Assembly: GCA_951406725.2 (NCBI GenBank)
Contig: OX597823.1
Span: 109,182,001-109,246,000, forward strand
Direction: 5' to 3'
From: Octopus vulgaris
Lineage: Eukaryota
DNA: 64,000 nucleotides
In this document: positions 26,519-39,616 of the stretch, in pieces
How positions within the stretch are numbered: the first letter of the stretch is position 1
Layout: every line of letters begins with the position of its first letter
Program-made: the position numbers and the translations under genes
The notes under the pieces: model-generated
Told to the model about the DNA's origin: nothing
The model's input: only the letters and a program-made list of their open reading frames with translations
Database searches by the model: none

Positions 26519-27776
26519 TTTCCAATTATATATGTAAGAAATTACATATGCATGTAAGTATATACATATATGTATTTACGATTTTATATACTTATATATG
26601 ACTATACATACATACATACATACATACACACATATATATATATATATGTGTGTGAATGTGTGTGTGTGTGTGTCTATGTGTGCGTGTGTATGCATGCATG
26701 TATATATATATATATATATATACGCACATACACATACATATGCATATACAGGGCCATATCCGATTGGATCGTCACTCGAGCTTCACTGTGCAGATTAAAT
26801 TGAATTAGATAGAAGAAATAATCTAATTGCGAGAAATTGGCTTAGTAGTGGCACGCTGACGAAAGCCGTCCGCCGACCACCGACCAGTGACGGAGCGGCG
26901 GAACGGCGGAGCGAAGGAACAAAGGGGAGAGATGGAACGACGGACGGATCTCTGTTCGGCTTCGAAGGAAAGAGGACGTGGAGATAGGGCTGGAGTGTAA
27001 GGTTGACAAGGTGGTGGCAGATTGAAGCGAGGGGGCTGGTGGTCGGAGGAATTTTCGGTGTGTCGAACGTGTTTATCAGTGTAACGTGGTGGAGTGCCTC
27101 TATTTTTGAGTGCTGGTATTGGTGGTGGTGCCGGTGGTAGTTTATTGTGTGTTAGATAGAGTGAATGAGTTAGATATTGGCTGTAGTGGTGGCGAAGGCC
27201 AGAGTGATGGTCATGAGAGCAATGGTGGTGGTTCCGACAGCGATGGTGGTTGTGGCCACAACAGCACTTGTAGTTGAGGAGGCGGTGTAAGTGGTGCTGT
27301 ATCTCTTGTATGTGCTGGCGCTGGTTGTAGTGGTGTTGTGGATGTTAATGCCATAAGAGGTAGAGGTGGTAGTGGTATTAGTAGTTATTACTAGAGTTAA
27401 TGGTGATGATGAGAGTGATGGTAGTAGCAGTGGTAGCAGTGGAACTGGTGATAGAGACGAAATTGTCAATGACGGTAGCGCGGGTGTTGGTTGTGGGGCT
27501 TGGGGTAAGGGTGTAGATGGTGGTAGTGTTAGTGAGGAAGGGCCCAGTGACGGTGATTGTGGCGATGGTGATGGTGGTGCCTGCATCGTCGTCGTCGTCG
27601 TCGTCGTCGTCGTAGTCATCACTGTGGCTGTTGTTGGCCTGAAGCTTCAATAGAAGCGTCGGTGAAAAGGAGGGCGAAGGAAAATGAACAGAATAGGAAG
27701 ACAGAGAAAGAGAGGGAAAGAGAGAGAGACAGAGAAGGAGAGGAGCAAGTATGGGGTGAGAAAGAGGAGTAAGAGT

Positions 27777-27835
<59 letters not shown>

Positions 27836-28830
27836 GGAATGGTGTGTGAAATAATTTACCATTTTACCAAGCCTGCTAACAACCAATGTAAGGAATATCT
27901 AATCATGTTAACTAAAATTCTGCTTCGGTGCTTATTGAAATAATATCGTAATGTAATGAGAATGTGTGTGTGTGTGTGTGTGTGTGTATGGAAGTGTGTA
28001 TGAAAGTGTATATGTGCATATGTGCATATATATATATGCATGTATATTGTATATATATGTATGTACATTCATCCATGCACACACACACTGTCACAAGTAT
28101 TTGTATGTACATACGTGCATATTTCTACTTGATTTGAAGTGTAATATAAGATATATCTATTTTAATAAACATGGAATTTTTTGCCTGGTTTTAAATCGTA
28201 AACAAAGTGGTTAAACCACTGGTTTTATGTCTACGTGGGCTGAGTAACTAGACTAGTTTCTAGTATTCTTTCTCTGTTGTCAGGGAAGGAATATCTGCGT
28301 AAATCATAACTTATATTACCTGTCCGTTTATCCACCCATCTTCCCAACAAGCTATGTATTCCATAATTAATGTATCAACCATATAATTAACTATGATGGA
28401 ACTACACGTGCTACTCCAAAATTTTGCGCTGTCAGAATTTGAAAGTATTATCATTTGGTAGAATTTGAGCGTACTTTCTTTGGGACAATAATTTGTAGAA
28501 ACCAGAAAATAATCAGATTCATTACAATTATTTGGCCGAGAATGGGTATAAGACGTGCAATATAAACTCATCTGTTTACGGCCTACAGCGAGGTTCACAT
28601 TAAATATTTATAAAAGATGCCGCACCCTTCACTAGTTTTCAGATTATATTCTTCGAAAATCACTGTGCAGTCCACTAGTTAATGCTTCACGCACATATTT
28701 TAATGGAAGCTCTTACATCGTTACACTCACTTTCACGTTTCCGTGACAATATAGGAGAAAAATCTATTTGCAAATATATCGAAATACAATTTGTCATCTA
28801 GAATTTATACACACACACACACAGACACAT

Positions 28831-28890
<60 letters not shown>

Positions 28891-28893
<3 letters not shown>

Positions 28894-29162
28894 GAAATGA
28901 GGTACACAGAAAATCGGATGGTTTATATTTACAGATATTTATTTATATATTGCATTTTTTATATATATATCATATCACTTAGATCATTAGCACTTTCTCC
29001 CATTCTAGTGGGGTTTTCAAATCAAAATATATATAAGAAGAAATGAGGTACTCAGAAATCCGGATGGCTTTATATTTAGAGATATTACTATGTTACATGT
29101 TTTTATAATTCATACATCATATATTAACGCTTTCGTCCATTTTAGTGGAGTCTTCATGTAAA
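28891..29162 (-). mobile_element. Tandem ~140-146-bp units, each with a hammerhead-like motif (Penelope-like pseudo-LTR dimer)
   Basis: GAAGAAATGAGGTACWCAGAAA occurs at 28891 and 29037. Minus-strand motifs at 28986-29023 and 29123-29160. Confidence 0.55.
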
Positions 29163-29170
29163 TTTATATA

Positions 29171-29235
<65 letters not shown>

Positions 29236-29285
29236 GTGTGTATGTGTGTGTGGTGTGTGTGTGTATGTATGCATTTATGTATAAT

Positions 29286-29316
<31 letters not shown>

Positions 29317-29442
29317 ATTAAAATCTTAGGGTAGCAAGAATATTAGGGTAGCAAAAATTCTTAGTTACCAGTGGTCTATTCTTCGGGTATCTCTTTTGTG
29401 TTTGAACGTACATTGTATTCTTCTCTCTCTTTCTCTCTCTCT

Positions 29443-29484
<42 letters not shown>

Positions 29485-29629
29485 GTGAGATGCACTCCAG
29501 AAGGTTTGAGGGATTTTAGGAGAGGTAGTTATAACAGTCATAACTGTCTTATATTATTGTAATTTTAGTACACCATTACAATATCTAATAAGGGGATTTT
29601 ATTTTTATTCAGTTTGAAGGTCATTGCTC

Positions 29630-29745
29630 GATTTTGCTTTTCATCCTTTCGGGATCGATAAATTAAGTTCCAGTTGCGTATTGGGGTTGATCTAATCAAC
29701 TGGCCCCCTCTCCAGAAATTTCGGGCCTTGTACCTAGAGCAAAAG
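29630..29745 (+). mobile_element. SINE family D fragment
   Basis: TTTGCTTTTCATCCTTTCGGGATCGATAAATTAAGTTCCAG matches the family D body. Confidence 0.6.
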
Positions 29746-29835
29746 AGAATTTTCAACGCAGCCTACTAAAATACTGCTTGTCACGGCTGAGTAGTCTACA
29801 ACATAAAGTCGGGACATGATGACAATTTTAAAACA

Positions 29836-30605
29836 AGTTATGCAATACATCTTTCTGTTAAAGTGGGCAAAACCGCTACAGAAGCTTATGAAATGCTGAA
29901 TACTGTTTATGAATTAACTTGTACAAGTTGAGCATGATTTTAGCTGAGACAAAAGGTTCAAGGACTGTAGAGAGAAGGGGGAGAGAAAGAAAGATGATGA
30001 TAAGAAGTGCTGTAGGGAGGAGGGTGTCAGAATATTAGAAGTAGTTGAGCAAATTTGCAATTTCTTGGATGAAAACCGTTGCCTGTCTATAAAGACAATA
30101 AGCATACGGCTTAATGTTGATACATACAGAATTATTCACAGAAATCTCATCGTGCGCAAATTTTACACAAAGTTTGACCATAGGGTGCTCAATGATGCAT
30201 AGAAGGAAAGACACGTTGATGACAGCATGGAGATGTTTGAGCTGAATGCAAGACTTTAGTTTAAGGTAACCTGTAACGAAAGCTAGATCTAGTGTTATGA
30301 TCCAGAGAGCAAGTGAGAGAGTGCCCAATGCAAGAACCCTGATTCCCTCACATCCAAGAAGGTGTTGCAAAACAAGGCCTACTTGGAAGCTAATAATGAT
30401 CATCCCCTTTTTCAACAGCAAGGGTTTCCTCTACACCCATTGATTTCCTTCTGGCCAGCTTAATAAAGTATACTCTGTTGAGGTTCAGGAAGAGATTTCG
30501 TGGCCAAAATCTAGAACTCTTCCACTCGGCTCGGTAGTACGTACACCATTCCATAATTCCATCCTGTTAACCAACTGCTTGCCAAACATGGGTATCAAAA
30601 CTCTA

Positions 30606-30657
<52 letters not shown>

Positions 30658-30870
30658 CTCCAGACCTTGCTCCCAGCGAATTTTAGTTGCTGTCTAAGCT
30701 GAAGGAGAACTTCAGGGGCAATCGTTTGTAAAATACTAAGAAGATGAAGGAGGCTCTGGTAAGAGTTCTGGACACCTTTATTTGGAGGACTTCCATGGAG
30801 CCTTCACGAAATGGATAGAGCGTTACAAGTGAATCATACTCCGAGGATTCTGCTCTGAAGGAGATTAGAG
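29836..30870 (+). mobile_element. Decayed mariner transposase (boundaries approximate)
   Basis: YAIHLSVKVGKTATEAYEML (HTH) near 29838 and PDLAPSEF*LLSKLK near 30660. Many stops; interrupted by (CT)n. Confidence 0.75.
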
Positions 30871-32327
30871 TTTTGTACTTCTTTGATAGTAATATCTCCC
30901 CCGAAAATGCGAGTGTGTGGACGTATTAATTCTACAGAATGCATTCTTGGTTTACATCTGGTGTTTCTTCAGGAATAGACCTAATCACTCTTCTCTGTTG
31001 TTTTCCCTATAGGAGAATTGAATCTACTGAGCTGCAAGCATCGCGTCTAATACAAAATAGTAGTATCATTTCACTAACGTCGGGCTCCTTGAAAAGAGAC
31101 TTAAAACCTAATAATTGTCTTCTCATTAAAAGATTAAAACAATAGTAAAGTTCCTTTCTTTCCATGCTACAATTAACCTCAGAAACTTCTAAAACAATGA
31201 TACCATATTGTAATCTGTTTATTTTTCTGCACTCAGACCTCATTTTCATACAACCATAAAACTTTGATGGACATTCGTGTATTTAAAAGCAAGCTGCAAT
31301 GGATGGCTATAAGACTCCAGTCTCTCAGAAACTTCCTAAAACAGTCAACGTATTTTGAATATACGTATTCTAGGCACGGGAAGAGAGACAAAAATAAAGA
31401 AATAATGCTGTAATTCATTCAAATAGAAGTATAACATTGTGGATGATCTTCAACATGTATTCAAATAAACAAAGATGCTTTGTATTTATTACAGGGAAAT
31501 GTGTTACGAAACTAGTCTCGTATTAAAATCTATAAGATAAACTCAACGGTTAGCAGCGATGTAGATTAGAGAGCTAAAGAAAATTATTAATAATTAATGG
31601 GGAATTATAAATATTTCCTCGAGTAAATTGGCAAAACATGGAGGTAATATTATATGCTGTTGGGGTATTCTCTGTTGTTGTCTGTTTGTTGTTTTTTTTT
31701 CTTTCTGTTTAGTCATAGAAAAAGAATTATGAATGTTATAGAACTAAACAATGTTGAAGCAAATGTAGAATGTGTATATTTTATATATTTAAGAACACAT
31801 TGGTTTATGTGCGTATATGTATGTAGATGTGTGTCTCCAAGCCAATTATTTTAATAACGATTCTCAGACACAATTCGCATGGCCAAAAGAAAAGTAAATC
31901 GGAAAGAAACATTAAATGTGTCAACTTATAAAATGTATGGGTTTTGTTTCGAGATTCTTTTATCTTTAACCATTGAATATTTACTTAGTGTTTCATTTAT
32001 CACTGTTACTCCTATTCTTAAAGTCTAGCTTCGTCGAGGTCAAAATAAGCCTGGAACATTTTTAGCATTACCTTTCGTATTTGCAGAAAAAAATTTATGA
32101 TACTAATTATCAACTAATATCTTTCCCTCGTAGGCCCGAGATAGATACTTCTCGTTAGGTCTTAGACAAAAATGTGTGCGGAGATGGGGTTAGTTCCTTT
32201 TACCGTTTCTTCTTACCTGGTATTTTAATATATCGACTCCGGAAAAATCACGGCAGGTATTTTTGTCCAATACTCTCACATTTCTGCCAACACACAGATA
32301 TGACATTCAGTTAAATAAATAATATAT

Positions 32328-32388
<61 letters not shown>

Positions 32389-32616
32389 GTTGTATATATG
32401 TGTAATTAGGGTATACGCCTGTGTCTGTTACTGACAATTGATGTGGAACTGGACGATTGGGTAAAAAAAAAAACCGATACAATATCCATCAAGCATAGAA
32501 TAAATATTGGGTCTATTAATCAATTAAACACTGCAAGGCGATCGACTAAGCCCTGAATCAATATCACTGCAGACCGGTGACATTAACACGTAAAAGAATA
32601 GAAGAATAATATCAAA

Positions 32617-32924
32617 ATGTTTGTTTGTTCCTTCTCAAGCCATGCCTGGCTCATAAGGACCGGTTTCCCGGTTTCCTCGGTGTATGGGTTCCCTACCTGG
32701 ACGGGACGCCAGTCCGTCGCGGGTGAGCTGCAAAATGCAGGAGGAAAGAATGAGAGAAAGTTGTGGCGAAAGAGTCAGCAGAAGTTTCTCATTACCTTCT
32801 GCCGGAGCCGCGTGAAACTTAGTTGTTTCGCTCATAAACACACACAGCGCCCGGTCTGAGATTCGAACCCGCGATTCCTCGACCGCGAGGCCGCTGCTCT
32901 GACCACTAGGCCATGTGCCTCCAC
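32617..32924 (-). mobile_element. tRNA-derived SINE, family B head with tail type 3
   Basis: Head GGAGGCACATGGCCTAGTGG...GGTTCGAATCTCAG. The tail contains GCGACGGACTGGCGTCCCGTCCAGG. Confidence 0.8.
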
Positions 32925-33365
32925 CTCCATATGTTTAGGTGTACATAACTCGATGTGTCCTTGAATTAATATTTTTTCGTAAGACAAATAGTGAGTGATT
33001 TCAGTAAATTTTGGCCGTTAGTTTTAACAGAAAAAATATCCCACATTGAACCTATTTTAAGGGCACTAATTCTCCTATCTGCTGCGTATAAACAAATAAA
33101 TCAAAAACCCTAATTACCTAAGACGTTTTCCAACTATTGTCAATTATTTCCACGGAATGTTAAGTCCGTTATGTATCACATATAAAATTTTAAGAAAATT
33201 CACTAATTATTCGTGTATCAGAGACTATGTAACCGTACCGTACGATGTTAATGTTATTACATCATTTGGACACATGGCAACGTACACACGCCCATAAATA
33301 TCTACACATCTTCTACACTCATGCATACGTACATGTGTGTATGTGTGTATGTATGAATGTATATA

Positions 33366-34250
33366 CCGTAAATCGTCGAGTATAGTCCGCCCTTGAGTAT
33401 AATACGCAGGGGATTTTTAGGGTGCTGTACCTCTGAAAAATCTAAACCTTGTGTATAATACACACCCCTTCTCTAACTTGAGTCAAGGATGTCAATATAA
33501 CATCCTTGGTTTGTAAAAATGTATACGGTAACGTCCTTTATTATTATTGTATGTATAACATAATGCAAACGTGTGGCTTCTTTGTGCATTTTGTTTGCAG
33601 AAAATAAAGAAATAACAGTAATAACGTCAGTGAAAAATAAATATTAAGTAAAGTGCCTTTACATCAGTTAGAAAAGCAAAAGCAAAAACATTTACTCAAA
33701 TCCTTCAAATTCAACGTCACTTCCAGCATCAAATAGTTGTTCCGTTTCTTCCTCCGTAAACATGTCAGCATCATTGTAATGTAAATCTCCGTCATCGTCA
33801 GATTCATAGTCAACATCAGAAGATTCACTTTCATTTATTTCCTCTTTCCATACAACGTCATCCTGAGAACCATCCAGTGCAGACGATATACAACATTTGA
33901 TAAAACTTTTCACAATAATCTGATGATCAAATTCATTCCATGTATCCACGATCCATTTGCATATCAAAGTCAGGTCGGGAGCGCGATCCCTTCCACCTTT
34001 AGTGAACAACTTTTATCCAGTCGACATCCATTCAGTCCATAAATCACTTTTTGACTTCATTGCTTTCAGGCTTAGCTTAAAGGTATTTTCGGGCCCGACA
34101 TCACAAAATGCGTCTGAATAAACATTGCCGGACAGCAAATAGAGATTCGGACATTGCTTAGAAAATATTCTTCATTTTTATCCTCGTATATAGCACGCAC
34201 TAGGGATTTCGACCTTTAAATTTTGGGAAAGAAATGGGGATTATATTCGA
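33366..34250 (-). mobile_element. Internally deleted pogo/Tigger-like DNA transposon
   Basis: ORF 33692..34009 reads LICKWIVDTWNE...IVKSFIKCCISSALDGSQDDVVW followed by an acidic tail, matching a pogo transposase C-terminus. Left end TA|CCGTAAATCGTCGAGTATA; a partial right TIR (TTATATTCGA) is cut by a SINE. Confidence 0.75.
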
Positions 34251-34466
34251 CCTCGCTGGCTAAGCGAGCAGGCCAACAGAAGAAAGAGTGAGAGAAAATT
34301 GTGGTGAAAGAGTACAGCAGGGCTCGCCACCAGCCCCGGCTTTAGCATCGTGGAGCTTTAGGGGTTTTCGCCCAATAAACACTCACAACGCCCCATCTGG
34401 GAATCGAAGCCACGATCCTACAACCGCGAGCCCGCTGCCCTAACCACTGGGCCATTGCGCCTCTAC
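34250..34466 (-). mobile_element. SINE family B head with short tail type 4
   Basis: Head AGAGGCGCAATGGCCCAGTGGTTAGGGCAGCGG...TTCGATTCCCAG. Confidence 0.8.
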
Positions 34467-34506
34467 CAATATGTACATATATGTATATATGTGTGTGTGC
34501 ATATAA

Positions 34507-34549
<43 letters not shown>

Positions 34550-34866
34550 CACATATAATTACACATATGCATATATACAGAGATACACAGGCACATTGGC
34601 ATATGGGCACACACACACACACATATATACACATTCGTACACATACACACGCACACACACACATTTTATTTAAACTTAACTGTTTCACTCTTCACTGCAG
34701 CTTCGTTGCACTGAATCATCACTGAACGAAGCCAGTGAATTTTATTTAATTCAACAGCGTGCTCTACATTGTTCTTTGAGCACCCTTTTTGTGTATGCGT
34801 ATTAATTTGCTTCAGCGAATACATATGACATCTGTGTGTGTGTATATATATCTATATAACTATATA

Positions 34867-34923
<57 letters not shown>

Positions 34924-35047
34924 TTATATAAATTAGAGATAAAACCACTCAAATAGTGGTTTTATCTCTTATTTAATTTATATTTATACTGTGAAATTTA
35001 ATTTAATCCTAAATCTAATTTTTCCCTGTAAGTTTGGATATACTCCC

Positions 35048-35122
<75 letters not shown>

Positions 35123-36042
35123 ACATGTGAGTGTTTGTGTGTGTGTGTGTGTGTGTGTATGTGTGTATGTTTGGTATATGTATAAAGTATTTGTGCGCAT
35201 CCGTATTTGTATTAGGATGTACCTCAAACACTGATGGCTGTCTAGCCTCCGTATCTTATGCATAGTATCTCAATACAACATATTAAAGGGCGTTGTATAT
35301 ATCCAGATGTTTTCACTCATTTGCTATTGTCTTTGACACATGCCAACATATGCTAGCTATTATATATATTGTGACCACCTCCCCACAGGCTCTATCACTA
35401 CCATCAGTAGACCAGCCATCATTCGCCCACCACTACTCTTAGTACAACTTGAAAATATATGCATGCAATGTCTGCCAGAAGTAATGTCGTTGAACAATTG
35501 TTATCTCCATGAAAATGCACAAATTATATTAGATCAGAATCCTTTATTTCACGAGAAACTGGCAGTTGTAGTGATAATAATAGTTGAATTACGTAGGCGT
35601 TAGATTACGTTCTATTTTCAAATATAATGATATTGACATTTTCTTCATTCCGTCCCCGTTAAAGTGCCAGTTATCTCATGGGGTCGATTACAACTTTTCC
35701 TCCATTAGAGAGCTTTGGAATTTTAAAAATGTTGTGTTGGTTATGCTGGCGTGTAGCTGAATTTCTAGAACTTTGGTCGGACTTCGGCCTTTTTTATGAT
35801 TTGTAGAGTGCTCATGGTCATTTGCTTTCTTATATATTCTTCTCCATGTACTCATCTCCCTTCCTTCTTCGCATTTGACCAGAATAAAAAAGTTGTTGAT
35901 GTTTGGTTTGTTGAAGTGCATGCATGTTTGTCGTTGCTGATGTCGCTTCGGTGTGAAGCAAGCCCATTTGTAAATCTTCCTTTGAACAGTTTTTAATCTT
36001 TATACCTCAGTTATAGTTTCGTATATTTTTGCTGTAGCTGCT

Positions 36043-36422
36043 GCTGTTGCTGTTGAGTGAACGGTCTTCGTCCGAGAGCTCGCAAAATGGGAGAAGTCCG
36101 AAACGTGGTCCTTTGCAATTCGTAAGACCCGCAGAAGAGAAAGCAGGTTAACCCCCGACACCGAGAGCATCGACGGATGGATGAATGCGCATCCAGGCTC
36201 AGCGGTTGCGTAGGAAGTCGAGGACAAGAAACAGGAAGAAAGAGTGAGAGAAAGTTGAAGCGAAAGAGTACAACAGGGGTCGCCACCACCCCCTGCCGGA
36301 GCCTCGTGGAGCTTTAGGTGTTTTCGCTCAATAAACACACAAAACGCCCGGTCTGGGAATCGAAACCGCGATCCTCCGACCGCGAGTCCACTGCCCAAAC
36401 CATTGGGCCATTTCGCCTCCAC
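36043..36422 (-). mobile_element. SINE family B head with tail type 2, 13-bp TSD
   Basis: Family B head. TSD TGCTGTAGCTGCT at 36030-36042 and 36423-36435. Confidence 0.85.
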
Positions 36423-37180
36423 TGCTGTAGCTGCTACACTACTCGATTACTGTCCGTTCAGCTGTTGCTGATGTCGATGTTATAGACACTAACGTGTTGA
36501 CAGCAAGGGTGTTTTCATTCATTTCTGCTCCCCTTTGTAAACGTTTAATCACCATCTCTGCGAGAGAGAGAGAGAGAGAGAGAGCGCGAGAGAGAGAAAG
36601 AGAGAGAGAAGTGCACAAATTCAAGCACACACATGCATGCCTATATATGTGTCTATCTAGGAGTGTACCTCTGTAAGTGTGCGCGCCAGTGCCAATGTGT
36701 ATATCTGTGTCAGTTTGTGCTATACTGACACATGTTTCTTATTTGTGTACGAAGAGCTTACAGTTGACTTGGAATGGTAAATTCTCGAAGCCCATTAACG
36801 TTTTCAAACGCCTTTGTCCTTATATTCTAGAAGTGATTATTCTGTGTTACCGCCATTTTATATTAGCAGGGTCAACGAAACTTTTACTATATTAGTAGTA
36901 ATATTTTCTCGAGTTTTTCAGTATTTAACCATTAGCTGTGTCTAGTGACTGTTTTTTGTCAATGAGGCGGAATCAATTGCATTTGTTTATGACGAATGCT
37001 CCTTGTCTGTATATTGGTTTAAACATGAGGATAGCACATCCTTCATTTGCTTCCATACAATGGATATGATATACTCTAATATTCCTGAGCATGCTTTGCT
37101 TTATATTTGCAACTTAGTGCATTTAAATTCATCCTTCTGATAAGTGCATAGAAATCAGACAGAAACCTTCTTATTGGTAA

Positions 37181-37576
37181 CTAGCAGTATCGCCCGGTGT
37201 TGCTCGGGTTTGTAAGGGAAATAACTATATAAGCGTTTTTAGAGATGTAAAGTATAATAGCCATCTCAATATGGCTAACCACAAAGGGGGGGGGGGTACT
37301 GTAGCTTTTTACGTTCTGAGATTTAATAATAAATTTTTAGAGAGTTACTTCCCTTATATATGCCAAAAATGCATTAAAAATGGAAAAAAATTAATGGTAT
37401 TTTTTTTTTTTAATTGTAGACTCATCGTAGACGCGCGCCAATACCCGGAAGGGCTCGATATGAATCACGACTATAAGATACCCGGTTTTGGTTAAACTGT
37501 ACCGCAAAATGTGGGAGTAGTTAGGAGCCTACATCGTAGGAGACAGACAGCACACAACCTCAATTTTATATATAAA
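37181..37576 (-). mobile_element. Non-autonomous Helitron
   Basis: Minus-strand 3' end ACCCGAGCAACACCGGGCGATACTGCTAG|T (subterminal hairpin plus CTAG). 5' end TTTATATATAAAATTG followed by a GTCT-type repeat. Confidence 0.7.
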
Positions 37577-37599
37577 CATATTACAGTTACAAGCAGGAG

Positions 37600-38375
37600 A
37601 GCAACCTGGACGAATTGTTAGCACGTCAGTCAAAAAGTTTTACTGGTATTTTTTCCGCATTTACGCCCTGAGTTCAAATTCTGCCGCAGGCGTACTCTCT
37701 CTTTTATTTGTTTCAGTCATTTGACTTCGGCCATGCTGGAGCACCGCCTTTAGTCGAGAAAATCGACCCCAGGTCTTATTCTTTGTAAGCCTAGTACTTA
37801 TTCTATCGATCTCTTTTGGTCAAACCGCTAAGTTACGGGAACGTAAACACACCAGCATCGGTTGTCAAGCGATGTTGGGGGAGGGACAAACACAGACACA
37901 CAAACATATACACACACTTTCTTAAGCCGTTGTTCTCACGCGTTCAAAATAATTTCCCCTTCGTTCGGCTTAACAGCCCTTACCGTTTGTATTACTGTCT
38001 TTTACTGTTTTTATTTGTATTTTTACTGTCTTGTATTGTTTTTACTGTCCTGTTTTTGTTACCACTTTTACCCCTCCGCAAAAAATATATACGACAGGCT
38101 TCTTTCAGTTTCCGTCTAGTAAATCCACTCACAAGGCTTTGGTCGGCCTGAGGCTTTAGTAGAAGACACTTGTCCAAGGTGCCACGCAGTGGGACTGAAC
38201 CAGGAACCATGTGGTTATTAAGCAAGATACTTACCACACAGCCAAGGCGTCTTGACCTTTCATATTTTTTTTCGAAAAATAAAAGTAAATAAGTACCAGC
38301 GGAGGACTGGTGTTGATGTTATCGACGGGACCTCTATACCAAAATATCCGGCTTTGTACCTATTGTAGAAAGTAC
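37600..38375 (+). mobile_element. SINE family D split by a family A insertion
   Basis: The head ...GAGTTCAAATTCTGCCG (37670-37686) resumes after the insertion at 38250 as TTGACCTTTCAT...AATAAGTACCAG. Confidence 0.6.
37694..38244 (-). mobile_element. SINE family A with a ~167-bp foreign insert (37918-38084)
   Basis: Family A match on both sides of the insert. 6-bp TSD AGGCGT at 37688-37693 and 38245-38250. Confidence 0.85.
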
Positions 38376-39102
38376 TTTATAATTACATGTTTAATTTACA
38401 AATCGTTGCAATCCCATTGAGCATTCAATGTTTAGCATGTTCGCTTTGCTAGCATGTAATTCATTTTTGATGAGGAACCATGGCTTTTGCATTTTGTAGT
38501 ACAATATTAGTGTTAGTTTTTAATCAGCTGCAGTGTAGTTTTGGCTTTCTTCAATATGTTTACGAGCTTTTTTTTTAAAAAAAAAATAGCGTTTATTTAT
38601 TAAATAGCTAGAAAGCATTTGATTAGTTTAATAAACTTCGGGTGGTTTGATCACATAACATGTCTGGCACCTGATGCATTTTCTACTGGGAATTTCTTTC
38701 TGTATTGTTCTATAACGTGGTCGACTAGTTTGTTTTAACATCCAATGTTGATTAGTATTTGGTTTAATCTGTAGATTTCATGTAACGCATTATATCTCAC
38801 AACACAAAACAAAGTAAATAGGAGAAACATCAGCAAGGAAGACATCTAACACAGCAGTCCCTACAACAACTGATCAATTAACGACCTACATGATACCAAA
38901 TGGCATAACAGAATGCACAGAATCAACAGACATAGGGTGTACGCTACTCGAAAACATAAAGCACAAAACAAAAAGAAATCGAAATATTGGGCTGTAGATG
39001 GAAATATTGAATCAATTTGTATCGACATAGATGAAGTTAATAGTCTGAGAAATTATAATCTTGTTAACAATAACTTATCCCATGGTATCTTTCGCATGGT
39101 GT

Positions 39103-39443
<341 letters not shown>

Positions 39444-39578
39444 TCCCTATAGATATAAATACAGTGTACATTTAACCACAAAAGAGGCATCCATCATAGG
39501 ATAACTGGCACGCTAGAAGGAACAGCCAAGATTCAAACCATGATAATAATATTTATTATTTATTATCTATCTACCTAT

Positions 39579-39616
<38 letters not shown>

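Noticed and set aside
26871-26915. CTGACGA followed by GC-rich stems, resembling a hammerhead
   Set aside because: It has GGAA instead of GAAA, and no stem I, stem III or UH site.
27060-27653. Mucin-like or Gly-rich ORFs
   Set aside because: Degenerate (GGT)/(AGT)/(GTC) trinucleotide mosaic that is open in several frames.
34691-34739. ~50-nt imperfect hairpin
   Set aside because: No extended basal stem and no recognisable miRNA; weak evidence.
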